Assembly: GCA_048938895.1 (NCBI GenBank)
Contig: JBHLLU010000010.1
Location: 34,001-98,000, forward strand
Length of the DNA: 64,000 nt
Origin: Promethearchaeota archaeon
Lineage (GTDB): Archaea; Asgardarchaeota; Lokiarchaeia; Sigyniarchaeales; SOKP01
Direction: 5' to 3'
Made by a program: the position numbers and the translations under genes. Below the pieces are notes generated by a model. The model worked only from the letters and a program-made list of their open reading frames with translations. It ran no database searches and was not told the origin of the DNA. Positions 1 through 10,098 of this stretch are shown here, one piece after another (position 1 is the stretch's first letter; every line of letters begins with the position of its first letter).

Positions 1-811
1 TATCAATATCATGAGTTCGAATAATGTGAGCTCCATTATATACTGCTATTGCTGTTGAAGAGAGTGTTCCATTCAGTCTATCTTCAGGATCAGGGATATC
101 TAGGGTAGTACCGATAAAAGATTTTCTTGAAATGGCCACAAGAACAGGGAGATTTAATTTTCGAAGTTTTCTAAGATTATTTATTATTTTTAGATCATAA
201 ATATGAATTTTTTTTTCAACCCATTTGCCAATTCCAGGATCTAAAATGACTAAATTTTTATTATAACCGTTAGATTTAAGGTGTTTTATGGTCTTCTTAA
301 ATTCATATATAATTTCCTCAATTGTGCATAAATCGCCGGGGAATTTTTTTGATGCCATTAATATAATAGGAATTTTATTCTTAATTATAAAGTTCTCAAG
401 CATTGGATCAGTTTTTAAACAACTCACATCATTGATTATAATTTTTTTGTCATATTCCATGGAAATATTATAAGCGACTTCAGCAACTCGAGCATACTGG
501 GTATCTATAGATATTATAATCTTATTAGAAATATTTTTACAAACATTTTCCATAGCTGATTGAAGCCGCTCAATCTCTTCTTCGATCGTTATTTTTTGAG
601 ACCAAGGAGCGGTAGACCGAGCTCCTAAGTCTAACATAGTAGCCCCATTTTTAATCATTTGTCGTGTTGCATTCTCTAAAGATTTTATGTCAGAATAGAC
701 CGATCCTTGATAGAAACTCTCGGGACTAAGATTTAACACGCCCATTATTACAGTAGGGTGATCATCTCCGATTTCTAAGATGTCATATAAATTCATATAA
801 ATTTTTTTCAT
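1..811 (-). CDS. folP: dihydropteroate synthase (3' end runs off the window)
   Basis: Not in the ORF track. Manual translation from ATG at 811 gives MKKIYMNLYDILEIGDDHPTVIMGVLNLSPESF...LDLGARSTAP...LDPGIG...LVAISRKSFIG...GAHIIRTHD, which are DHPS motifs. Confidence 0.9.
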   Translation of the reverse strand, partial: MKKIYMNLYDILEIGDDHPTVIMGVLNLSPESFYQGSVYSDIKSLENATRQMIKNGATMLDLGARSTAPWSQKITIEEEIERLQSAMENVCKNISNKIIISIDTQYARVAEVAYNISMEYDKKIIINDVSCLKTDPMLENFIIKNKIPIILMASKKFPGDLCTIEEIIYEFKKTIKHLKSNGYNKNLVILDPGIGKWVEKKIHIYDLKIINNLRKLRKLNLPVLVAISRKSFIGTTLDIPDPEDRLNGTLSSTAIAVYNGAHIIRTHDID

Positions 812-868
812 GAGGTATCTAGAAAATGAACAAAGTATATCAAATAAGTTTAATTCTTTTACCCTACA

Positions 869-1654
869 ATGGAATTATTTTCAATCAAACTTCCCCTCAT
901 AAAAGAAAATGATGATTTGCTTAGTATTATAATTGAAAAAATTAAAGAAATGGGGAAATCCTTAAACGAAGGGGATGTAATTGTAATTGCTGAAAAAGTA
1001 ATAGCTACTTCACAGGGGAGAGTAATTAATTTATCTGATGTTTCCAATATCTCAAAACAAGCAAAGAAAATGGCAAAAGAATTTGATATGGACGAAAGGT
1101 ATGTCCAATTGATATTACAGGAAGCATCCATGATTTTAGGTGGCATGACTCATGTAATTTTGGCTCAGGTAAATGATTTTTTAATAGCTAATGCAGGGAT
1201 AGATCAATCAAATGCGGGACCAGGTAAAGTGGTCCTTTTACCAAAAGATCTGAAAAAAGTTGTTTGGGATTATTGGAGGTTATTGAAAGAAGAATTTAGA
1301 TTAGGAAAACTTGGTGTGATTATTTCGGATTCTAGAGTACAACCTCTGAGAAAAGGAACAATCGGTATAGCAATTGCAACCGCAGGTTTTGAACCTGTCG
1401 AAGATCTACGAGGACATCCTGATCTTTTTAATCGACCAATGGAAATCACTATGAGAGCGATAGCAGACGATCTTACAAGTGCAGCTCAATTTCTATTGAG
1501 TGAAGCTGATCAACAGACACCTGTAGTAATTATCAGAGGAAGTAATGTTGAATTTACAGATAATCCCCAACTAACTCCAGAAATGCCTCCAGAACAATGC
1601 CTTTATATGAATATATTCTCAAAATATCTTTTGGAAAAAAAAGAAAAAGATTAG
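869..1654 (+). CDS. cofE: coenzyme F420-0:L-glutamate ligase (CofE family)
   Basis: GDVIVIAEKVIATSQGR, ANAGIDQSN, VIISDSRVQPLRKG, DLRGHPDLF, ADDLTSAA, PVVIIRG. Confidence 0.9.
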   Translation: MELFSIKLPLIKENDDLLSIIIEKIKEMGKSLNEGDVIVIAEKVIATSQGRVINLSDVSNISKQAKKMAKEFDMDERYVQLILQEASMILGGMTHVILAQVNDFLIANAGIDQSNAGPGKVVLLPKDLKKVVWDYWRLLKEEFRLGKLGVIISDSRVQPLRKGTIGIAIATAGFEPVEDLRGHPDLFNRPMEITMRAIADDLTSAAQFLLSEADQQTPVVIIRGSNVEFTDNPQLTPEMPPEQCLYMNIFSKYLLEKKEKD

Positions 1655-1750
1655 AATGAGAATTTAAAATTAGACAAATTTTTTAGAAATCACTTATATG
1701 AATAATTATTGTTTATTTAATTCTATTTCAAAAATTATCCATAGTTAAAA

Positions 1751-3052
1751 ATGAAGGATATAAATTACACTACGATTGAACAAGCATTAAAAAAAAAAGA
1801 ATCCACAGTGAATTTGAGAGGCTGGATATACCGAGAACGGAAATCAAATAAATTCATATTTATTGTATTGAGAGATGAATCGGATATAATTCAATGTGTT
1901 ATACCAAAAACTAAAAATCCAGAGATTTTTAAGAAGGCTGAAAACCTAACAATTGAATCTTCAGTTAAAATTTCCGGAGAACTAAAAGAAGATGAAAGAG
2001 CGCCAACAGGTTATGAAGTTTCGGTGTCAGAGTTAGAGATTGTTCAAATAGCTGACCCATTTCCAATAACAGAATATCAATCACCTGAGCTTTTATATGA
2101 TAATCGTCATCTTTGGATAAGGTCTAGACAATTAAATGCAATCCTTAAAATCAGACATACTGTTGTTGGAGCAATACATGAATTTTTTAGAAGCCGAGGA
2201 TATTACGAGTTTGATGCACCAATTTTCCAACCGAGTCAATCTGAAGGTGGAGCTACTCTTTTTGAGGTTAAATATTTTGATGATATAACCTATCTAAGCC
2301 AAACATGGCAATTATATGCTGAGGCAGGTATTTTTTCTTTGGGAAAAATTTACAATATGAGCCCAACATTTAGAGCGGAAAAGTCAAAAACTTCACGACA
2401 TTTATCAGAATTCTGGATGGCTGAAATGGAAGTTGCCTGGATGCAACTTGATGAAGTTACTGAAGTTGCTAAAGATGAAATTAGGTTTATTGTAAAGGAA
2501 GTATTGAAGAAAAACAAAAAGGAATTAGAAATTCTAGAAAGGGATGTTAAATTATTGGAGCATTATGCAGAAGCAGAATATCCAACAATTAAATATTCCG
2601 AAGCTTTAGAAATTCTTAATACTAAATATAAGATGAATGTTCCTTGGGGTAAGGATTTAAGAACTATTGAGGAAGCTAAAATAGCAGATCATTTTAAGGT
2701 TCCTGTTGTAGTCACACATTATCCTACAGAAATAATGGGTTTTTATAAACCACCAAGTGAAGAGAATCCGAAAGAAGCATTATGTTTTGACATGTTGGCA
2801 CCGGAAGGATATTGTGAAATTGTTGGGGGTTCAGAACGTTCTTTACTACTAGATAATATGAAGAAAAGATTGAAGGCTGATGGAGAAGATCCTAAGAATT
2901 ATGAATGGTATTTTGAATTAAGACGCTATGGAAGTGTACCTCATTCTGGTTATGGAGTTGGAGTTGAGAGGGTTATTATGTGGATATGTGGAATAGATAA
3001 CATTAAAGATGCGATCCCGTTTCCGAGGACTATGTTGCGGAAAGCACCTTAA
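1751..3052 (+). CDS. asnS: asparagine--tRNA ligase
   Basis: N-terminal OB fold; FRAEKSKTSRHLSEFWMAEME, EIVGGSER and YGSVPHSGYGVGVER are AsnRS-type rather than AspRS-type. Confidence 0.88.
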   Translation: MKDINYTTIEQALKKKESTVNLRGWIYRERKSNKFIFIVLRDESDIIQCVIPKTKNPEIFKKAENLTIESSVKISGELKEDERAPTGYEVSVSELEIVQIADPFPITEYQSPELLYDNRHLWIRSRQLNAILKIRHTVVGAIHEFFRSRGYYEFDAPIFQPSQSEGGATLFEVKYFDDITYLSQTWQLYAEAGIFSLGKIYNMSPTFRAEKSKTSRHLSEFWMAEMEVAWMQLDEVTEVAKDEIRFIVKEVLKKNKKELEILERDVKLLEHYAEAEYPTIKYSEALEILNTKYKMNVPWGKDLRTIEEAKIADHFKVPVVVTHYPTEIMGFYKPPSEENPKEALCFDMLAPEGYCEIVGGSERSLLLDNMKKRLKADGEDPKNYEWYFELRRYGSVPHSGYGVGVERVIMWICGIDNIKDAIPFPRTMLRKAP

Positions 3053-3130
3053 AATATTGAATCCATATCTACAAAATAAGAATTATTAAGATCCTTTTCC
3101 TTAATTATTTAAAAGTGTGGTTTATTGTAA

Positions 3131-4612
3131 ATGGCATTCTATGAATACATGGCACATGAACTAATTGAAAAGATAAAAAATAAAGAATTTAAAATAGAAG
3201 AGGTAATTCGCCAAACATTTCAACGAATAGAAGAGACTGATGATAAAGTACATTCTTTTGTCCATTTACATAAAGAAGAAGCGTTAGCTAAAGCAAAGAC
3301 ATTAGATAAAAAACTAAAGCAGGGAAAATCTGTAGGAAAATTATATGGCTTGCCTATCGCTATAAAGGATCTTATTTGTATTAAAGATAGTCCTACTACG
3401 TGTGGATCTAAAATACTGACGAGATACTTACCTCCTTATAATGCAACAGTTATAGAAAAACTACTTGAGCAGGAGGGAGCTATATGTGTGGGACGCACTA
3501 ACATGGATGAATTTGCAATGGGTTCATCAACAGAAAACAGTTCTTATGGCCCTACATATAACCCATGGGATCTTGAACGAGTCCCTGGAGGTTCAAGTGG
3601 GGGATCTGCTTGCTGTATTGCAGCAGGTCAAACATCTGTTTCATTAGGGTCAGATACAGGGGGAAGCATTAGATGTCCAGCTTCTTACTGTGGTGTAGTA
3701 GGATTGAAACCAACTTATGGAAGAGTATCTAGATATGGATTAGTATCATATGCAAATTCATTAGATCAAATTGGTCCGATATCTCGCTGTGTATATGACT
3801 CAGCAATGATATTAGAAATAATCGCAGGACAAGATCCCCTAGATTCCACATCTGCAGATTTTAAAGTTGAAAAATATACTCAAAGTCTTGAAAATCCAAT
3901 TGAAAAAATGGTTCTGGGGATTCCGAAAGAATTTTTTGGTGAAGGCTTGGAAGAAGATGTGAAAGACAGAGTAAATAAAGCTATTGACAAATTAAAAAGT
4001 TTAGGCTCTAAGACAATAGAAATTTCTTTCCCACATTTAGAATATGCAATTCCTACTTATTATTTGATAGCTATGAGTGAAGCTAGTTCCAATTTAGCTA
4101 GATATGATGGATTAAGATATGGTGGTATGAGTGATAATCTAAGTGGAGACATTTATGAAGTATATAGTAGAACTCGAGCTGAAAAATTCGGTAAAGAAGT
4201 AAGAAGAAGGATTGTCTTGGGAAGTTATGCTCTTTCAGCAGGTTATTATGAAATGTTTTACATCAAGGCTTTAAAAGTAAGAACTTTAATTAAAACTGAT
4301 TTTCAAAATGCGTTAAAAAAATGTAATGCAATAGTGTGTCCAACAATGCCTACTACTGCATTTAAGATTGGAGAATTGGTTGATGAGCCATTGAAGATGT
4401 ATTTAATGGATGTTCTAACATGTCCAGTTAATTTAGCAGGTTTACCTGCACTTTCAATTCCCTGTGGGTTTGATAGGAATGACCTTCCTATCGGATTTCA
4501 GATTATTGGCAATTATTTTGACGAAAAATCATTACTGAATATTGGATATTTGCTCGAACAAGAATTAAATATTTATAGGAAATTAGCTCCACTTAAACCA
4601 AGAGGTCAATGA
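3131..4612 (+). CDS. gatA: Asp/Glu-tRNA amidotransferase subunit A
   Basis: Amidase signature (IAIKD, NMDEFAMGSS, PGGSSGGS, GSDTGGSIRCPA) plus SNLARYDG and EVRRRIVLG. Confidence 0.95.
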   Translation: MAFYEYMAHELIEKIKNKEFKIEEVIRQTFQRIEETDDKVHSFVHLHKEEALAKAKTLDKKLKQGKSVGKLYGLPIAIKDLICIKDSPTTCGSKILTRYLPPYNATVIEKLLEQEGAICVGRTNMDEFAMGSSTENSSYGPTYNPWDLERVPGGSSGGSACCIAAGQTSVSLGSDTGGSIRCPASYCGVVGLKPTYGRVSRYGLVSYANSLDQIGPISRCVYDSAMILEIIAGQDPLDSTSADFKVEKYTQSLENPIEKMVLGIPKEFFGEGLEEDVKDRVNKAIDKLKSLGSKTIEISFPHLEYAIPTYYLIAMSEASSNLARYDGLRYGGMSDNLSGDIYEVYSRTRAEKFGKEVRRRIVLGSYALSAGYYEMFYIKALKVRTLIKTDFQNALKKCNAIVCPTMPTTAFKIGELVDEPLKMYLMDVLTCPVNLAGLPALSIPCGFDRNDLPIGFQIIGNYFDEKSLLNIGYLLEQELNIYRKLAPLKPRGQ

Positions 4613-4613
4613 A

Positions 4614-6092
4614 TTGAGTGGTAATTATGAAGATGTAATAATTGGATTGGAAGTCCATATTCAACTTACTAATTTAAAGACAAAACTGTTTTGTAGTTGT
4701 AATGCTGATTATCGAGGTGCTTATCCAAACACACATAATTGCCCAATCTGTTTAGGATTACCAGGTTCTTTACCTGTTATTAATAAAAAAGCTATTGAAT
4801 TTGCTACTAGACTTGGATTAGCACTAGACTGTAAATTCAATGATACGACCTACTTCTTTCGAAAGAATTATTTCTATTGTGATCTTCCAAAAGGATTTCA
4901 GATATCTCAATATAATAAAGCAGGAGGAAGAGCTTTTGCCGATAAGGGTATAATTAATATCAAAATTAATGAGACTAAGAAAGCAATTCAGTTAAATAGA
5001 ATACATTTAGAAGAAGATCCCGCAAGATTAGTGCATAAGGGAAGTATTGCTACGTCTCCATACACTTTAGTTGATTATAATCGATCTGGTGTTTGTCTTA
5101 TCGAAATTGTAACGGAACCAGTGATTAGTTCTCCAGAAGAGGCGAGAGAATTCCTAAAGCAATTAAAATCAATCGTTCAATATACAGGAATATCAGATTT
5201 AGATTTAACTGGTGCTGCTCGAGTAGATGCAAATATATCAATCAAGGGACATGAGCGTAGTGAAGTTAAAAACATTAGTAGTTTCAAGGAAGTAGAACGT
5301 GCATTAAAATGGGAAATTCAGAGGCAGAAGAATTTAATAAAACGAGGAAAGACTCTAATTCAGGAAACAAGACACTGGGATGATAAAAGAAGAATTACAA
5401 TCTCATTAAGGACAAAAGAATTTGAAGAAGACTATCGTTATTTTCCAGAACAAGATTTAGTTCCAATAATAATTCAAGAAGATTTCATTCAAAAAGTTAA
5501 AAATGAATTACCAGAAATGCCAAATGAGAGAGCTATTAGACTTCATATGGACTACAATTTATCAGAATTTGATTCAGAGAATTTAGTGCTTGATAAAGAC
5601 ATTGCAGATTTCTATGAAAATGGTGTGAATTCCGATCCATCTTTTGGTACAAGTGAATATAAGCAATTCTGCAATTGGCTAATGAATGATATTTCACGTT
5701 ATTTAAATGAACATAATAAAACGATAAAAGATACAAAATTGCATTCGAAACAATTAGTAGACTTAATTAATTATATTAATGAAGGTAAGATTACAACAAA
5801 AATTGCAAAATCCTTCATAAGTGAGATGTTAGAAGGCACTTCAATTTCTAATATAATTGAAAAAAAAGGCAAAAAAAGAATTTCTGATGAAGAAGTCATT
5901 GAAAAGATTTCTGAAGAAGCCATTCAAGAAAATCCAAAAATCATCGAGGATTGTCAAAAAAATCCAAGAGCTATTGAAGCCTTAATAGGAAAAGTGATGG
6001 CTAAAACCAAAGGTCAAGCCGATCCGGAGATTACAAGAAGAATCATGTTTAATCTGTTGAAAAAAATAGGGATTGACTTTTCAAAATTATAA
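4614..6092 (+). CDS. gatB: Asp/Glu-tRNA amidotransferase subunit B
   Basis: IGLEVHIQL, KLFC, RKNYFYCDLPKGFQISQY, HLEED, DYNRSG, DYRYFPE; C-terminal YqeY-like tail; TTG start 1 nt after the gatA stop. Confidence 0.95.
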   Translation: MSGNYEDVIIGLEVHIQLTNLKTKLFCSCNADYRGAYPNTHNCPICLGLPGSLPVINKKAIEFATRLGLALDCKFNDTTYFFRKNYFYCDLPKGFQISQYNKAGGRAFADKGIINIKINETKKAIQLNRIHLEEDPARLVHKGSIATSPYTLVDYNRSGVCLIEIVTEPVISSPEEAREFLKQLKSIVQYTGISDLDLTGAARVDANISIKGHERSEVKNISSFKEVERALKWEIQRQKNLIKRGKTLIQETRHWDDKRRITISLRTKEFEEDYRYFPEQDLVPIIIQEDFIQKVKNELPEMPNERAIRLHMDYNLSEFDSENLVLDKDIADFYENGVNSDPSFGTSEYKQFCNWLMNDISRYLNEHNKTIKDTKLHSKQLVDLINYINEGKITTKIAKSFISEMLEGTSISNIIEKKGKKRISDEEVIEKISEEAIQENPKIIEDCQKNPRAIEALIGKVMAKTKGQADPEITRRIMFNLLKKIGIDFSKL

Positions 6093-6160
6093 AAATTAAT
6101 AATAAAGTTATGAATCTTAGGAAATAAGATCTAAATTTTCCAAAAAAAAAGAGAAAAAAA

Positions 6161-6514
6161 TTATAGCCTTTTTCTAAGTTCTGTACTGGCAGCATCCAAT
6201 TTAAGGTTGATAATTCCTAACTTGGCTTCTTTTGTGGTTATTATCGTGAGAATATTACCCTCAATTTCACTGAATAGTATTTTTCCCTTCTCAGATTCTA
6301 TTATTGCACTAAAAAATTGACCCTGCTCTAATTCTTTAGTCGCTCTTTGACTTGCTTTTAAAATTAATGTCACCATAGCTGCTACAGCTTCTGGGTCCAC
6401 CCATCCAGGTAATGCGCTACCTCTTATTAAACCAAATTTTTCAATTAAAGCCGCACCGTGAACTCCTTTAATTGCCTTTAAAGAATCAAGAATTTCTGTT
6501 ATTCTTTCACTCAT
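6161..6514 (-). CDS. roadblock/LC7 (MglB-like) protein
   Basis: 117 aa; GVHGAALIEKFGLI...EAVAAMV...LEQG...AKLGII roadblock pattern. Confidence 0.85.
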   Translation of the reverse strand: MSERITEILDSLKAIKGVHGAALIEKFGLIRGSALPGWVDPEAVAAMVTLILKASQRATKELEQGQFFSAIIESEKGKILFSEIEGNILTIITTKEAKLGIINLKLDAASTELRKRL

Positions 6515-6747
6515 TTAACTCATTCCAATTTTAATGTAGTGAGATTATAAATTCTTTAATTATTATGTAAGGTGTAATTATATATAAGTATACAAATCTT
6601 AATTAAAAAAGCTATTTATCATTTTTTTACTTCTTCCCTGGTTTTGATATTAGATTGATCATAAAGAGATAAGCATATATAATCAAATTTAGATATATAT
6701 TATAATTGAGATTTATTTACTCTAATTTATTTTTGAGAGTGGGGTAA

Positions 6748-7530
6748 TTGGGAAAAGAAGTAGATAAAGCTAAGAAAGTTTTTAAAGAAGCTTTTGATGT
6801 TTTAGGAGATTATTTTGAAGAAAAAAGATCGGATATTGTTATTGAAAAGGAAAAAAAAGCTAAAAAAGGAAAAGTAGCATTAGCTAAGTTTTCTAAGGGT
6901 TTAATTGGTAAGACCGACAAGATTAATTTTAGATTATTGATAGGAGAAAAAAAAGAGCTAGGAGATCATATCTATGAAGCTGTATATTTAAGTGATAAAA
7001 ATGAACCTAGAATTTTTGTATACCAAGTTAACAAAGGAAGACCTTGCAATACTATACTTATGAATTTCAAGGAGGATGGATGGGATGGATACAAAAGTGT
7101 TGAAAAATATAAATCTCTAACTAAATTCCTTGAAATTGTTTATAAGGAAGGTATCTATTACAAGCAGAAAAAGGAAAAAAAAGAAGAAGCTCTAAATAGA
7201 TTAATAAAAGGGTTGAAAAGATCGCTTGAGGCTGTCGAGGACGATGAAAAGTCAAAAAAGGGAAACAACAGCCCCATTGCTATGAAAATTGCGAAAGTTG
7301 TTGCTATAGCGGCAGTTACTACAGTTGTTTCAGCAGCACTAACTCCTGCTGTTGGTGTTATTGCTGAAGAATTAGTTGGTGGGGGCACAATTGGTGGAGA
7401 TGTTATGGGTCAAGCAGCTGATGCTGCAGTCCAAGGATTAAAAAGTTTAGTAGATCCGACCACAATTGCAAAAAAAGCAATTACAAAAACTATTACCAAA
7501 GGAAAAGATCTCCCTGGATCTAATAGATAA
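6748..7530 (+). CDS. hypothetical protein, basic N-terminal domain and Ala/Val/Gly-rich C-terminal hairpin
   Basis: 260-aa ORF, TTG start after GAGTGGGG; no recognisable family. Confidence 0.7.
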   Translation: MGKEVDKAKKVFKEAFDVLGDYFEEKRSDIVIEKEKKAKKGKVALAKFSKGLIGKTDKINFRLLIGEKKELGDHIYEAVYLSDKNEPRIFVYQVNKGRPCNTILMNFKEDGWDGYKSVEKYKSLTKFLEIVYKEGIYYKQKKEKKEEALNRLIKGLKRSLEAVEDDEKSKKGNNSPIAMKIAKVVAIAAVTTVVSAALTPAVGVIAEELVGGGTIGGDVMGQAADAAVQGLKSLVDPTTIAKKAITKTITKGKDLPGSNR

Positions 7531-7605
7531 TAAAAAAATCGTAATATACTTAACCGATTCTTTTTTCATTTTCCTAATAAGTTCTAACAATAAAAAGTGA
7601 GTTAA

Positions 7606-8100
7606 ATTTCAATACTTAAAGAAGAACATGTAAAATGGGGTATAACATACTCCACAGTTATTTCCTCTGTAATCTATATAGTAACGTCTATTATTGGCGG
7701 GGGTTATCCTATGTGGCCAATCTACTCTGGGGCATTTCTTTACGCCGATCTTCAATTTTTATTGGGTTCTATTCCTGGAATTGTATATACCTTGAGAAGG
7801 TGTCAATCAGATCAATCATTTTTGAAATATGGAATAACTGTGGGAGTATTAGGAGGTATTTTCTCTTCTGTGATAAATAGCATATATGAACTGTTTTTAC
7901 TTTTATTAAGAGGAGTAGTGACAATACTCGCCCTTTTTTTTGTGTTAGGTATATTCTTAGTCTCTGGAGTGATAATAGGTTTACTAACAGGAGCCTTATT
8001 AGGGACATTCTACGTATATAAAGAAATGAAAACAGAAAGCAAAGTAGAAACAGATGACAAAGTTGACGATGATTTTTATGCAGATTTAATAGACAAATAA
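7606..8100 (+). CDS. membrane protein with 4 TM helices (track start 7711; frame is open from 7606)
   Basis: Hydrophobic Gly-rich helices and an acidic tail; the upstream in-frame extension encodes one more TM (WGITYSTVISSVIYIVTSIIGG). Confidence 0.65.
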   Translation: MSILKEEHVKWGITYSTVISSVIYIVTSIIGGGYPMWPIYSGAFLYADLQFLLGSIPGIVYTLRRCQSDQSFLKYGITVGVLGGIFSSVINSIYELFLLLLRGVVTILALFFVLGIFLVSGVIIGLLTGALLGTFYVYKEMKTESKVETDDKVDDDFYADLIDK

Positions 8101-8137
8101 TCTAAACAAAAAAAATTAAAAAAAAATTTAAGTCAAT

Positions 8138-9076
8138 TTACATGAGAGTCGCTAAAGAAGTCATTAAAGTTTCCTTCTTTGGCTTGCCTTCTAATAACTC
8201 TTTTTCAACACGTTCAGCCAAAATTTGAGGTGTAAACCTCTCACCATTATTATTAATTTGTTTATAAGTCGTCCATCCATTCAAAGAAAAGACACGATCT
8301 CCAACAGCTCTAAATACTTCCCCGTTAATATTTGCAGCTTTATCAGAAGCTAAGAACACGACCATTGGGGCTACATTTGAAGGATCAAATATATCGAATC
8401 CTCTTTTATCTTTCATACTCATGGTACCCGCCATTGTTGGGGTCGCATCTGTCGTAAGTCTTGTTCTTGCCACAGGTACAATGCAATTAACTGTTGCATA
8501 TTTTTTTAGCTCCATTGATGCAATATTCGTAAAAGCAGCTATTCCTGCTTTCGCAGCACCATAGTTAGCTTGTCCTACATTTCCAAGTAAACCAGCATCA
8601 GAGGCTGTATTAATAATTCTACCAAAAGCACCTAATTCGGGTTTTGCTTTTCCTTGCTCTCTAAAATAGGCTGAAGCATGCCTAGTCATGTTAAATGTTC
8701 CTTTTAAATGAACTGCCATGATTGCATCCCATTCTGCTTCAGACATATTAAATAACATTCGATCCCTTAGAATTCCTGCATTATTTACTAGGATATCTAG
8801 TTTCCCAAATTCGGAAATGGCTTGATCGACCATTTTTTTAGCAGCGTTAAAGTCAGTTACAGAATCGTAATTCCCAACAGCTTTAACACCTAAATTTTTG
8901 ACCTCTTCGACAACCTCATCAGCCACTTTTGTTTCAGATCCAGTTCCATCATGAGATGCTCCTAGATCATTTAGAACTAAATTACATCCTTCTTTTGCCA
9001 TGAGGAGGGCTTCTTCTCGGCCTAAACCACGACCTGCGCCTGTGATTATAGCTACTTTTCCATCTAACATTCCCAT
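8138..9076 (-). CDS. short-chain dehydrogenase/reductase (MFE-2/hydroxyacyl-CoA dehydrogenase-like)
   Basis: TGAGRGLG, NDLG, NNAGILRD, catalytic YGAAK. Confidence 0.9.
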   Translation of the reverse strand: MGMLDGKVAIITGAGRGLGREEALLMAKEGCNLVLNDLGASHDGTGSETKVADEVVEEVKNLGVKAVGNYDSVTDFNAAKKMVDQAISEFGKLDILVNNAGILRDRMLFNMSEAEWDAIMAVHLKGTFNMTRHASAYFREQGKAKPELGAFGRIINTASDAGLLGNVGQANYGAAKAGIAAFTNIASMELKKYATVNCIVPVARTRLTTDATPTMAGTMSMKDKRGFDIFDPSNVAPMVVFLASDKAANINGEVFRAVGDRVFSLNGWTTYKQINNNGERFTPQILAERVEKELLEGKPKKETLMTSLATLM

Positions 9077-9196
9077 TTTTTATCACTCTTAATTAATTTA
9101 AATTTAATTTTGATATGTAAAATTGAATTACAAGTTTAAAAAATTTTAAGGATTTTATATAATTTTATCATTTTAGAATTGGAATTAAAGATATAA

Positions 9197-9697
9197 ATGG
9201 AAACAATTACTCATAATTTAATTGCGGTCATTATTCAAATTTTATGTTTTAAATTCTTATTATTCCCTCTCAATATCCTATTTACCATCATTTTTTCTTT
9301 TTTTTCTCATATTTTTTTTGATGCAATATCAGTAATTACTTACCATACACCAAAAGCCCAAAGAAGAGATTTGTTCTGGATTGTTTGGCATGTTTTCATC
9401 TACACCGCATCGATAATTTCTACACTTGTTTTTATTATTTCATTTTGGCTAAGTTTATTATTCGCGAACATCATGGATATTTGGGATTGGTTTATTCTAA
9501 GACCTATACAAAAAAAGAAGAAAAAAAGAAAGCCAAAATCACAATGGGGTGAAAATTTATATTTACACATTATCGTAGAGTGGTTTAGGAAAAGATGTTT
9601 CAATTGGCTCCCAAAATGGAATTATAAGAAATCCGCTGTCTTCATCGAGATCTCTATTATTATCTGTTTAGTATTAATTATCTTTCCTATTTATTGA
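9197..9697 (+). CDS. hypothetical membrane protein
   Basis: Several TM helices; His/Asp motifs (ITHNL, SHIFFD, YHT) resemble YdjM-like metal hydrolases. Confidence 0.6.
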   Translation: METITHNLIAVIIQILCFKFLLFPLNILFTIIFSFFSHIFFDAISVITYHTPKAQRRDLFWIVWHVFIYTASIISTLVFIISFWLSLLFANIMDIWDWFILRPIQKKKKKRKPKSQWGENLYLHIIVEWFRKRCFNWLPKWNYKKSAVFIEISIIICLVLIIFPIY

Positions 9698-9702
9698 TTT
9701 AC

Positions 9703-10098
9703 TTAATATATAAAGTCTTTAAATTGCCTAAAGTAAAATAAATGACTCTTACATTGACAATCAGAAGAGCCAAAACCTGTAATAAAACCTTCTGATCGTT
9801 CTTTTATTTCTCTTGCAATAATACACTCGAGACGAGAGGTTGATGGGATTAAATATATCTTAATTATACATGTAAGTCTATGGTTTAATAAATAGTCAAT
9901 ATGCCAATGGATCTTTTTTTTATTAGAAGGAAGTATATGCCTATTTACCCGATGTTCCAATGTTGCCGAACCCTTATTCCCCATACCCGATCCGATATAA
10001 AAGTAGAAGCCTGTTTCAAAATGAGCAATTCTCAAGTTACCGATATTAATATCTGCAGCTTCAGAAAGGGAAATAACAAGGATGTAAGTTCCTTTCAT
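9703..10098 (-). CDS. DUF123 / GIY-YIG (Uri superfamily) nuclease-like protein
   Basis: KGTYIL...GFYFYIGSG, RVNRH, HWHIDYLL, GFGSSDCQCKSHL. Confidence 0.85.
   Translation of the reverse strand: MKGTYILVISLSEAADINIGNLRIAHFETGFYFYIGSGMGNKGSATLEHRVNRHILPSNKKKIHWHIDYLLNHRLTCIIKIYLIPSTSRLECIIAREIKERSEGFITGFGSSDCQCKSHLFYFRQFKDFIY

Noticed and set aside
288-473. Short ORFs antisense to or nested in long genes (e.g. 288-473, 859-1146, 37503-38006, 40883-41287, 51433-51753)
   Set aside because: They lie opposite or within well-supported genes and have no motifs; shadow ORFs.
7635-7880. Alternative-frame ORF suggesting a frameshift in the membrane protein gene
   Set aside because: The 7711 frame is itself open back to 7606, so no frameshift is needed.
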